A stretch of DNA of 64,000 bases, taken from contig JAXGZN010000002.1 of assembly GCA_040776945.1 (NCBI GenBank), positions 256,001 to 320,000 on the forward strand. The letters run 5' to 3'. Shown here piece by piece: positions 1 through 8,690 of this stretch (position 1 is the stretch's first letter; every line of letters begins with the position of its first letter). Under the pieces are notes generated by a model. The model ran no database searches. It was not told the origin of the DNA and saw only the letters and a list, made by a program, of their open reading frames with translations. The translations under genes and the position numbers were made by a program. This DNA is from Methanomassiliicoccaceae archaeon (GTDB lineage: Archaea > Thermoplasmatota > Thermoplasmata > Methanomassiliicoccales > Methanomassiliicoccaceae).

Positions 1-2230
1 TCCTGCCGCCCGGCAGGGTCAGGCGGACCTGCAGCGCTGAGCCGCTCAGATTGGTCACGGTGTAGTGGCCGTAGGCCTCGGTGAACGAGACCGAAAGCGT
101 GCCGGTGCCTGTGGAGACCACCATCTGCCGGTTGGTGGAGAGGCTGCTGCCCTCCGACCTCAGGTCGATGGTCGCCGGCCAGTTGGTCACATCCTGGTGG
201 CGGCTGGCGCCCATGGCCGTATACATGGAAATGGCCATGTTCAGGTTGTGCATCTGCGCCGAGTAGCTCTCGAAGGAGAGCAGGTCGAGGTTGAACCCGT
301 AGCGGGCGGACCCGAACAGCGCAGAGTACACCGCGGCCTGGTCCCCGGGAAGGTTGGCGTTGTAGTTCTGGTACGCCACCAGGTGCGGGCGGTACTTCGC
401 CGGCATCTGGTTCACGAACAGCATCGTGGACTGGACCGTCTTGGTCAGGTCGTCGCCGTAGTACGATACCGGCTCGTAGCCCTCGAACAGGCAAAGGTCG
501 CTGACCATAGCCAGGTGGATCACCGGCGTGTAGGGGTTGGTGATGACGAAGGAGAACTTGCCCGAGGCCCTGGTCTCCTCCACCAGTTTCATGTACCCCT
601 CCAGGATGTAATCCCCGCTGCGGTGGTTGTAGTCGCTCCGGGGCAGGTTGTTGTGCCCGAACCAGCAATTGGTCTCGTCCCAGAAGACGCCGGTGCTGGA
701 CCACCACCACTCGTTGCTCATGTCCTGGTAGATCAGGTAGTTGCGGAAGGCCGCGCTGGAAGCTGTGCCCATCACGTCCCCGTCCGGCAGGATGAAGCTG
801 TGTCCCGGCGAGTCGTAGAGCCTCCACTCCGTGGGCATTACCCGGTTGTCCCCATCGTCCAAGCGCTGGGCCGACTTGTAGTGCCAGTTGACCTGGTCAG
901 GATTGTTGGACAGTTGGGCCGCCAGTATGGGGGAGCTTTCGATGAAGCCCCGGAAATCGCTGGGCCAGGTCCCGCTGCTGCCGCCGAAGTCGTAGAACGA
1001 CAGGGGGAACTGCGGGGTGCTAACGGTGGTCCACTGGGCTGCAATCTGCGGTCCGATCCACTCGGCGTAGCCGGAGCAGTAGCCCCTCGCTTTGCCGTCG
1101 GTGTACTGGTAAGGCCGGACGAACATGTGGAAGGTCTGCTCGGTACCAAGCGCCGGATCGGGCAGCACGCCGCCGGTGGAGGTGTACTTCACGCTGAACA
1201 CGGAGGCCCCGTCCACAGGGTTGCCGGCGATCCAGGTCGGGGACCAGATGTACGCTTCCTCGTCAGAGAAGCCCCATTCCACTCCAAGCTGCCGGCCCGG
1301 GACCCTCATGTCGAAGGCCGGGGCGAACATCCTGTAGAATGGATACCAGCCGCCGATGCCGTTCGATTTGGGAAGGTCCAGCGGGGTGCCGGGGATGTAC
1401 CGGTGGTCCTGCCCGTCGCTGAACAGGTCATAGTAGCTCCCGCTCGCCGAGTTCATGGATATGGCGTAGGTCGCGATGACCTTGGAGGCCCCCGGAGTGT
1501 AGGTCACGTCCAGATCGAAGTAGTCACGGTAGATGGTGAACTTGTGGCGGAGACTGTACTGCGAGCAGCTCTCCACGAACCACACCTTATTGCCGTCCTG
1601 TCCCCAGGAGGTTATGGTGGTGGTGACGTGGTTGAGCAGGTTGCCGTACTCGTCCACCGTCCCCTCGTTCCCGGTGAGGGGGTTCAACCTGCCGTACCTT
1701 ATGACGTCGCTGGTGAAGTATGGCCTTATGGTATAGGACACCGAGTTACCGGACTGAGCTATCACGATCTTGTACCTCTCGGCGATGACCGCATATGCGC
1801 CGCCGTTGGTCTCCACCGTCATGTTGGACGATAGGGCTCCGGTCGCGATGCTCCCTCCTCCGCTCAGGTTCGGCACCGGGGTGCCGCCTTTTGGGGGCGT
1901 TTCTGTCGCCTCGGTACTGCCGCTTGGCGGAGAATTGGAATCAGGCGTCGAGGTTGGCTCGCTCGGTTCCGGGGTCTGGTCCGCGGATGTGGGAGGTTCG
2001 GAAGACCTTTCGGCCGGTCCGTCGGAATTGATGACCGGCAGCGGGTCGCTGTTGATGATCGCGCCCGACATCTTGTTCCCGTTCCCATCAAGGGCCAGCG
2101 GCACCAGCGAGCTGACGGTCAGGATCAGTATGAGCAGGACGATGTTGGTCCTCCTCAGCTTCCTGCCGGCCCGCTTCAGCCCGGCCCCGATCACCCCGAC
2201 CGGCCCCCCGGTCCCTGGAGCGATGCTCAT
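1..2230 (-). CDS. Large secreted/membrane-tethered protein with a putative glycoside hydrolase-like domain; 3' end runs off the window
   Basis: Not in the ORF track. Read manually from ATG at 2230 (GAGGTGG SD upstream); open to position 1. N-terminal basic + hydrophobic segment (RKLRRTNIVLLILILTVSSLVPLAL), Pro/Ser/Thr linker, then motifs GVFWDE, FVITNP, DLCLFEG. Confidence 0.75.
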   Translation of the reverse strand, partial: MSIAPGTGGPVGVIGAGLKRAGRKLRRTNIVLLILILTVSSLVPLALDGNGNKMSGAIINSDPLPVINSDGPAERSSEPPTSADQTPEPSEPTSTPDSNSPPSGSTEATETPPKGGTPVPNLSGGGSIATGALSSNMTVETNGGAYAVIAERYKIVIAQSGNSVSYTIRPYFTSDVIRYGRLNPLTGNEGTVDEYGNLLNHVTTTITSWGQDGNKVWFVESCSQYSLRHKFTIYRDYFDLDVTYTPGASKVIATYAISMNSASGSYYDLFSDGQDHRYIPGTPLDLPKSNGIGGWYPFYRMFAPAFDMRVPGRQLGVEWGFSDEEAYIWSPTWIAGNPVDGASVFSVKYTSTGGVLPDPALGTEQTFHMFVRPYQYTDGKARGYCSGYAEWIGPQIAAQWTTVSTPQFPLSFYDFGGSSGTWPSDFRGFIESSPILAAQLSNNPDQVNWHYKSAQRLDDGDNRVMPTEWRLYDSPGHSFILPDGDVMGTASSAAFRNYLIYQDMSNEWWWSSTGVFWDETNCWFGHNNLPRSDYNHRSGDYILEGYMKLVEETRASGKFSFVITNPYTPVIHLAMVSDLCLFEGYEPVSYYGDDLTKTVQSTMLFVNQMPAKYRPHLVAYQNYNANLPGDQAAVYSALFGSARYGFNLDLLSFESYSAQMHNLNMAISMYTAMGASRHQDVTNWPATIDLRSEGSSLSTNRQMVVSTGTGTLSVSFTEAYGHYTVTNLSGSALQVRLTLPGGR

Positions 2231-2615
2231 TTCCACCTCACCAGGCAGCGGAAAGGTCCCGCCCCTGGCAACCGCTGCCCTGATGCGGCAAGGCCTTGAA
2301 CCAAGCCGCAGGTGCAGTGCGTTTCTTTCTTCATTCCTTTCCTCCATTTCTGGGTTCGGGCGCTCCCCACCTCTGCAAGCGCAGCACAGGGGCGCCGCAC
2401 CGGCCCGGGGAACGGTCCCCGCTCCGGCGGCCGGACCTTTGCCCGGCCTTTGGATGCAAAGTTTTCTCAAAGTGAGGTTTCCTTGCAACCGGACCCCGGT
2501 TGAGTTATGTGGTATAAATTAATTATGTTTCCATGATTGCGAATCTGTCCCGATAACGCTAGATGGGTTCGCATATCGTCCTGAGATGCTCGCTGAGCGG
2601 CATCCCCGCTGCGAC

Positions 2616-3656
2616 CTACGCCTGCTCGCCGATGGCCTTCCCAGCCGCCTCCCGATAGTCACGGGCGAACCTCTCCAGGGAATATCTCTCTCCGACCAGC
2701 CCGCGGGGGTGTGGGCGGGCGGCCAGCACCTTGTCCACCGCGGCCGCGTAATCATCGACATCGTGCCGGGGGACGATCGCTCCGGCCCGCTCGTCGTCCA
2801 GGTCCTCCATCAGGCCGGTGCGCGACGCCACCAGGGGCACATCGCAGGCCATCGCCTCCAGGGGGGCGAAGCCGAAGGACTCGTAGCGGGAAGGGAACAG
2901 CATGAGGTCAGCCGCGCAGTAGTGCACCGGCATGAGATCGTTGGGAACGCTGCACCGTACGATGAGGTTCTCCCCCTCCACCTGGCCGGATGTCACGCAC
3001 AGCACCTTGAGGTCCTTCCTGCGGCGGGCCAGCTCCCGGACGATATCGAAGCCCTTGGTATGGTCGGCCCGCCCCACGAACACCGCCAGCGGGCCGTCGT
3101 GATCTATGCCGAGCCTCTCCCGGCACTCTGCCGCGGGAAGGGGGCGGAACATATCCAGGTCAACCCCGTTCTCTATGACGGTGGAGCGGATGCGGTAGTG
3201 CTCCAGCAGCTCGCGGTTGACCTTGGCGCTGACCGCGATGTTCATCTTCCCCCGCGCCGCGGCCTTCTCGAACACCGGCGTCAGATATCGGGACGGCAGA
3301 TAGCCAGGCGTCCCCCGCAGGGTGCCCTCCGACAGGCCGATGGAAGTGTAGTGGAACAGGTTGATCATCGGGACGTCCGGCCGGTGCAGCGAGAGCCACC
3401 ACCCGGCGGTCGAGTTGCAGAGGACCAGGTCGTACCTCTCCAGCCTCGACCGGCGGAGAAAGCCCCTGCTCAGGGAGAACCCCATCCTGGGCTGCTGCAG
3501 GTTCAGCCGCTCGAGGTTCGGGAGGCCAGAGCGGCCCACGTCGCTGTAGGTCATCACCTCCAGTCCCGGAAAGGCGCGCTTGAGATGCTCTGAGAACAGT
3601 TCGGTGCCGCCCTTGACCTGGTCGAAGCTGTAGAACGAGAGAAGAGCCGCCTTCAT
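2616..3656 (-). CDS. GT4-family glycosyltransferase
   Basis: GGTE, ENGVD, FVGR..KG, PSRYESFGFAPLEAMAC motifs. Confidence 0.9.
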   Translation of the reverse strand: MKAALLSFYSFDQVKGGTELFSEHLKRAFPGLEVMTYSDVGRSGLPNLERLNLQQPRMGFSLSRGFLRRSRLERYDLVLCNSTAGWWLSLHRPDVPMINLFHYTSIGLSEGTLRGTPGYLPSRYLTPVFEKAAARGKMNIAVSAKVNRELLEHYRIRSTVIENGVDLDMFRPLPAAECRERLGIDHDGPLAVFVGRADHTKGFDIVRELARRRKDLKVLCVTSGQVEGENLIVRCSVPNDLMPVHYCAADLMLFPSRYESFGFAPLEAMACDVPLVASRTGLMEDLDDERAGAIVPRHDVDDYAAAVDKVLAARPHPRGLVGERYSLERFARDYREAAGKAIGEQA

Positions 3657-3710
3657 CGGTCACGCCGTGAACATTAATCTATGTATCATTACATAATATT
3701 CCTCGTGGCA

Positions 3711-4445
3711 ATGCAGGCGGCAAGATTGGAGCTGAAGTTCATCGCCGAGAAGATGAGGAACCGCTTCACCGTTCCCGATCGGCTCGAAGGAACGGCTTGG
3801 AGCCCCAAGGTCATGTCCCTTCCTCCGGGGGAGAGGTTCCTAGTGCTGTCTCCCCATCCGGACGACGACGCGGTGGGATGCGGGGGCACGCTGATAAAGC
3901 TGCTGGACGCCGGGAAGGCGGTCCGGGTGGTGTACTTCTCCATGCAGGAGGGCGCTTTCACCAGGGAGGAGAGGGAGCGGGAGATAGAAGCAGCGCTGAA
4001 GGAGCTTGGGGTCAAGGACGTGAGGAGCCGGAGGTCGGCAGCGTTCCCGTCGCCCAAGGAGGCCACGGCCATCATCGCCGAGGAGATATCCTCCTTCGCA
4101 CCGGACGGGGTGTTCGTCCCCTCGCCGTTCGAGAACCACAACGAGCACATCCGCACCTTCGAGTCCTTCCTGGGCGCGGTCGGCGACCGAGGGAGCGGAC
4201 CGGACGCCATCATGTACGAGGTGTGGGGCCCGCTAATGCCAAACCTGTTGGTGCCGATAACGGACGTGTGGGAAAGGAAGAGCGCGGCGGTGCGGGCGCA
4301 CCGGACACAGGTGAGGGAGATCGATTACGTGCGGGCGGCCCAGGGCCTCAACGGATACCGCGCCGCCACCATGGCCATCGACGGCTACGCGGAGGCGTTC
4401 CTGCATCTGCCGTCCTCGAGCCTGCTGCGCACCTTCTGCCGCTAG
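3711..4445 (+). CDS. PIG-L/LmbE family deacetylase
   Basis: SPHPDDDAVGCGG, HNEH, AHRTQ and AEAF motifs; start uncertain (3681 or 3711). Confidence 0.88.
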   Translation: MQAARLELKFIAEKMRNRFTVPDRLEGTAWSPKVMSLPPGERFLVLSPHPDDDAVGCGGTLIKLLDAGKAVRVVYFSMQEGAFTREEREREIEAALKELGVKDVRSRRSAAFPSPKEATAIIAEEISSFAPDGVFVPSPFENHNEHIRTFESFLGAVGDRGSGPDAIMYEVWGPLMPNLLVPITDVWERKSAAVRAHRTQVREIDYVRAAQGLNGYRAATMAIDGYAEAFLHLPSSSLLRTFCR

Positions 4446-5482
4446 GTCAGCGGCCCCTCCCTCATGGCGCAGCGCGCCGATCTCCACAGTCCGCGGTTCA
4501 GAGCGCGGAAGTGGTAGAGCTCGCGGTCGACGGCATTGAAGCGGTACTTGTACGCTTCGGTCCCTCGGAGGAGGTCCACCTCCGTCATGCCCATATCGCA
4601 GCAGTCCTCAATGATCTTGGCCAGCAGGACCGAGCCGGGCGAGGCCTTGGAACGTTCCGGATCGAACCCCGATAGATAGTACATGTACCGGTGGTCGGTC
4701 TCGAAGCCCATGGTGATGGCGATCGGCTCGTCCTTCATCTCGATGGTATGGAACACAATCTCGTCGCGCTTGGCCAACTCGCTCGCCGCCAGCTCGATGA
4801 ACTCCACCATGTTGGGCGTGGCCAGCACGCTGGCGATGTCCCATCGCGCCTGGCTGAGCTTTCTAAGGTAGTGGACGCCCTCGGCCACCTCCTGAGGGCC
4901 ACGAAGGGTGCGGAACACGGCGCCGGCCTCCTCCAGCTTCCGCCGGCCTCTCCCGAGGTTGTACCGCATGTTCCTGGACAGCTTGGAAAGGTAGGTCTCG
5001 AAGCTTCCGTCGAGGACGATGTGGGGGGACAGGATGCGGGCGTACTCGGCCGAGGGGTAGCACTCCCTGGCGATCATCTCGGTCGCCCCTCCGGCGGAGA
5101 TCTCCCTCAGCTCCACCACGTCCCAGTCATCCCTCTCCTTGATGTGCTCCCAGAAGGCCCGGTGGACATCCAGGCGGTCCTCTCGTGCGATGAGGGCCGA
5201 GCGGTCGGAGGGCCCGGAGCCAATGAACTCCATCTTCCTCCAGCAGGACAGGCGTCCGCGCGAGGTGATCATGAGCGGAGCGAACCCCACCGAGCGGCCG
5301 TCCTCGACGGCGCGGAGCACCATGAGCTCGCGGCCTTCCCCGAAGGTGCTCCACCAAGAGAGCAGCCAAGGGAGCCCGAGAAAGATGGGGTCTCCCCCGC
5401 TGGTACCAAGCACCTCGTCCCAATCGTCGGTCAGGCGGACCAATCGGTCTATCGTCCGGACCTCTTCGATCTCCATGCCCAT
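4442..5482 (-). CDS. GNAT-family (CelD/BcsL-like) acetyltransferase
   Basis: WLLSWW, YLSKLSRNMR, SPGSVL, DLLRGTEAYKYRF motifs. Confidence 0.85.
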   Translation of the reverse strand: MGMEIEEVRTIDRLVRLTDDWDEVLGTSGGDPIFLGLPWLLSWWSTFGEGRELMVLRAVEDGRSVGFAPLMITSRGRLSCWRKMEFIGSGPSDRSALIAREDRLDVHRAFWEHIKERDDWDVVELREISAGGATEMIARECYPSAEYARILSPHIVLDGSFETYLSKLSRNMRYNLGRGRRKLEEAGAVFRTLRGPQEVAEGVHYLRKLSQARWDIASVLATPNMVEFIELAASELAKRDEIVFHTIEMKDEPIAITMGFETDHRYMYYLSGFDPERSKASPGSVLLAKIIEDCCDMGMTEVDLLRGTEAYKYRFNAVDRELYHFRALNRGLWRSARCAMREGPLT

Positions 5483-5700
5483 CTTCTTAACGATTGGAGG
5501 ATTATAATTTTATCTCAAATCCCCGAGGGCCTCTGGAAGCATAGGCGGTCAGGCCGCAGAGGGCCGATCGGCGGTCCCACGGCATTAAGGGAGCGCCGGA
5601 CACGGCATCATCAGCTCTGCGAAGTTCGCGGCGATACCCACCCATCGACCAAAAATGATAAGACCTTCCTTCTGTTTACTTCGCCGGAGAGTGAGACCAG

Positions 5701-6606
5701 ATGAAATTGGTCAGAACCGGAAAGGTCAAACAGGTCTACGAGGTCGACGACGACACGCTTGAGTTTCTCTTCACTGACAACATCTCCGTGTTCGACAAGG
5801 TCATCCCCTCCCAGGTTCCATTCAAGGGCGAGACGCTCTGCCGCTCCGCCGCGTTCTGGTTCCAAGTGTGCCGCAAGGCCGGGATAAAAACGCACTTCAC
5901 CGAGCTCGTTCCGCCGAACCGGATGCGGGTCAAGCGGGTCAACGTCATCACCGACTATTCAAAAATGGACAACTCCACCACCAACTACCTCATCCCTCTG
6001 GAGGTCATCTCCCGCAGGTATGTGGCGGGATCGCTGTACGAGCGCATCCGGAACCGGGAGATCAACGTACGCGACCTGGGGTTCCCTCAGGACCATGAGG
6101 TCAAGTACGGCGAGAAGCTCCCCCGCCCGTTCTACGAGACCACCACCAAGCTGGAGAAGGTCGACAGGCTGCTGAGCAGGGAGGAGGCGCTGAACATCTC
6201 CGGGCTCACCGAGACGGAGCTGGACCACATCTTCGAGGTCGTAGAGAGGATCGACGACATCATAGAGCAGGAGGTCGAGGAGCGCATGCTCATCCACGTC
6301 GACGGGAAGAAGGAGTTCGCCTTCGACGAGCACCGCCGCCTCATGCTCATAGACACCTTCGGCACGGCGGACGAGGACCGCTGGTGGGACATGGACGCGT
6401 ACGACTCTGGAAAGTTCATGGAACTGTCCAAGGAGGCGGTGCGGCAGCACTACCGCAACACCGGCTACTACGATCGGCTCATGGAGGCGAGGAGGAACGG
6501 AGGTCCAGAGCCCCCCATACCCCCTCTGCCCCCGGCCGAGGTCAAGAAGGTCAGCGAGCTGTACATCGAGATGTTCGAGCGGCTGACCGGCGAGAGCTTC
6601 CGGTGA
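5701..6606 (+). CDS. purC: Phosphoribosylaminoimidazole-succinocarboxamide synthase
   Basis: GKVKQVY, DNISVFD, IPLEVI.R.Y..GS, DGKKEF, D..GT.DEDRWW, LSKE.VR motifs. Confidence 0.95.
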   Translation: MKLVRTGKVKQVYEVDDDTLEFLFTDNISVFDKVIPSQVPFKGETLCRSAAFWFQVCRKAGIKTHFTELVPPNRMRVKRVNVITDYSKMDNSTTNYLIPLEVISRRYVAGSLYERIRNREINVRDLGFPQDHEVKYGEKLPRPFYETTTKLEKVDRLLSREEALNISGLTETELDHIFEVVERIDDIIEQEVEERMLIHVDGKKEFAFDEHRRLMLIDTFGTADEDRWWDMDAYDSGKFMELSKEAVRQHYRNTGYYDRLMEARRNGGPEPPIPPLPPAEVKKVSELYIEMFERLTGESFR

Positions 6607-6797
6607 CGGCCCCATCTGGACGGCACGATGGTCCGCCCGCAGGCGCAGGCAGCGCAATTCCGGTCACTTCAGAGGGCCCCGGCTTACGGCGCGCGCAGTC
6701 CTCAGAGAGGCTTGCTGCAGAAGGACGATGAGCTGGATCGACGGCAGCTCGTCGGTCCCGGCGGTCAGTGAGGGGAGCGGCGCGGTCGGGCGCCCGT

Positions 6798-7223
6798 TCA
6801 CTCCACCACGATGGCCACCAGCCTCTGCCCTTCCGGACACTTGAGCTCGCGGTCGATCTTCGCCACCCGGAACCTCATGTTCTTCTCCAGCCCCCTGGGA
6901 TGGCACAACCAATAGTTTTCGCACCCCGGGGTCCTGCATTTAATGACATCGTAGGTGACCGTGGAGCCTTCCAGCGCGTATTTGCGCGGAACGACGCATT
7001 TCCGGGGGACCTTCTCGACCTCCACCACTCTGACCCCCTCCTCGTGGATCCGGCACTCGTGATGCACCGGACGCACCGACCTGATGCGGTACAGTCCGCC
7101 GGCATCGAGGTTGAAGCACACTCCCTTGAGCTTGCAGTCCCTGCACTCGGTCAACGGCCCCCTGTAAACGAACTCCTCGCCCTCCTTGGCCAGGTGCTCT
7201 CCTATCAATGTGATGATCACCAT
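6798..7223 (-). CDS. UPF0179 family Cys-rich archaeal protein
   Basis: ITLIG..LAKEG.EF, CRDCKLKGVC, H.C..HEEGV pattern. Confidence 0.85.
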   Translation of the reverse strand: MVIITLIGEHLAKEGEEFVYRGPLTECRDCKLKGVCFNLDAGGLYRIRSVRPVHHECRIHEEGVRVVEVEKVPRKCVVPRKYALEGSTVTYDVIKCRTPGCENYWLCHPRGLEKNMRFRVAKIDRELKCPEGQRLVAIVVE

Positions 7224-7237
7224 TAACTTGACCTCCT

Positions 7238-8302
7238 TCAGATCACTTTCGTGAGCGTGGCCAAGCGTTCGGCCGCCTCATAGGTGAGGCCGACGTGGCC
7301 CAGTATCGTGAACCTATCCCGCACCTTGTGCGCATTGACCAGGGCCTCGATCACCTGCTCGGGGGTGAGGCCCAGCTCCTTGGCCGAGGTCGGGGCGCCG
7401 ATCTTCGCCAGCGCCTCCCTGAGCCTGGACCAGTCTCCGCCGTGCAGATACATCATCATGATCGCCCCGACGCCGCACTGCTCCCCATGCAGCGCCCTGC
7501 CTGGCGCGATCATGTCCAGAGCGTGGGAGAACATATGCTCTGAGCCGCTGGTCGGCCGCGACGAACCGGCCACCGACATCGACACGCCGGAGATGATGAT
7601 GGGCCTTATGGCCACCCAGACGCTCTCCTCGAGATTGGGCTTGATCAGGTCAGCATTGTCGATGATGGTCTCGGCGGTGTACATCGCAAGGGCGTACGCG
7701 GAGCGGGAGAACTCTTCTCCCCTGAGCCTCTTGGCGTACTCCCAGTCCTTCACCGCGGTGATGTTGGAAATGACGTCGGCGCAACCGGCCGCCAGCAGGC
7801 GGTACGGAGCCTGCACGATGATGGCCGTGTCAGCGATCACGCCCAGGGGGACGCGGGCATCCAGGGACAAGGGGCCGTCCTCATTCTTGATGGACGCCCG
7901 GCCCGATGCGATGCCGTCGTGAGATGCCGATGTCGGTATTGAGATGAACTCCAGTCCCAGGTCCTTGGCGACCATCTTGGCCAGGTCGATCTTGCTCCCT
8001 CCGCCGACCCCCAGCAGGAAATCGGTCTTGACCTCGCGGGCGATATCCTCGACCTTGTCCAGGTTCTCCTGGGTGGCCTCTCCGACCAAGGCGGTCTGCA
8101 CGTCGAAACCGCTGTCCTGTAGAGCGGACCCGACGATCCCGGCAGCGACGTCCTTGGTCTTGGAACCGGTGACGATCAGGGCGGTGCCCGATAGTCCGAA
8201 CTCCTTGCACACGTTCGGCACCTTATCGAGCACACCATGGCCCAGCACTACGTTCCTAGGGAAAAGGATCGAGCGGGCCTTGGTGAAGTCACCCTCATCC
8301 AT
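7238..8302 (-). CDS. egsA: sn-glycerol-1-phosphate dehydrogenase (archaeal lipid backbone)
   Basis: GVGGG, PTSASHDGIAS, SRPTSGSEHMFSHALD, LHGEQCG motifs. Confidence 0.95.
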   Translation of the reverse strand: MDEGDFTKARSILFPRNVVLGHGVLDKVPNVCKEFGLSGTALIVTGSKTKDVAAGIVGSALQDSGFDVQTALVGEATQENLDKVEDIAREVKTDFLLGVGGGSKIDLAKMVAKDLGLEFISIPTSASHDGIASGRASIKNEDGPLSLDARVPLGVIADTAIIVQAPYRLLAAGCADVISNITAVKDWEYAKRLRGEEFSRSAYALAMYTAETIIDNADLIKPNLEESVWVAIRPIIISGVSMSVAGSSRPTSGSEHMFSHALDMIAPGRALHGEQCGVGAIMMMYLHGGDWSRLREALAKIGAPTSAKELGLTPEQVIEALVNAHKVRDRFTILGHVGLTYEAAERLATLTKVI

Positions 8303-8427
8303 CGGAGCACCCTAACCATAGCCGCCTATTAGTATCTTCTTTTGCCCGTCCACTTATGACGCGCGACGCTCTGGACCTGGAGGCCCTCGCCGGCCGCCAC
8401 AGGGGCTGGGGGGAGGGGCATCGAGCG

Positions 8428-8523
8428 AAGGGAAAAGGGACGGGAGAGTTGTTCAGGCGGAACACGGTTAAACTAACAGGAGGAGAAATTGTTGAGGGGG
8501 TATTCCTCTCCCAGTCCCTTAAC
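8428..8523 (-). ncRNA. Candidate ~95-nt structured small RNA
   Basis: 8435-8448 pairs with 8506-8520 (14 bp with one bulge); inner hairpin TGTTC/GAACA; minus-strand TTTAAATA box at ~8543-8550; pyrimidine tract after the stem. Confidence 0.5.
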
Positions 8524-8659
8524 AGCGCGAAGAGAGAGATCGTATTTAAAGCTCACGCACGATGGAAGCGATTTTTCCGGGCCTATCCATAGCGGCGGGG
8601 GCGGACCCGCTGCCCGGGGGCCGCTCAGACATATGCGGGTTGATAACCGTGTCTGGTCC

Positions 8660-8667
8660 TTTAAATA
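8660..8667 (+). promoter_or_regulatory. TATA box for the sensor kinase
   Basis: TTTAAATA about 24 nt upstream of ATG 8691. Confidence 0.55.
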
Positions 8668-8690
8668 TCACGCGCTCATCTGTTTCGGCA

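Noticed and set aside
65-1834. 589-aa plus-strand ORF, and similar long ORFs (e.g. 2586..3593, 12300..13955, 19607..21043, 32370..34067)
   Set aside because: Antisense shadows of real genes in high-GC3 DNA; no motifs and biased composition
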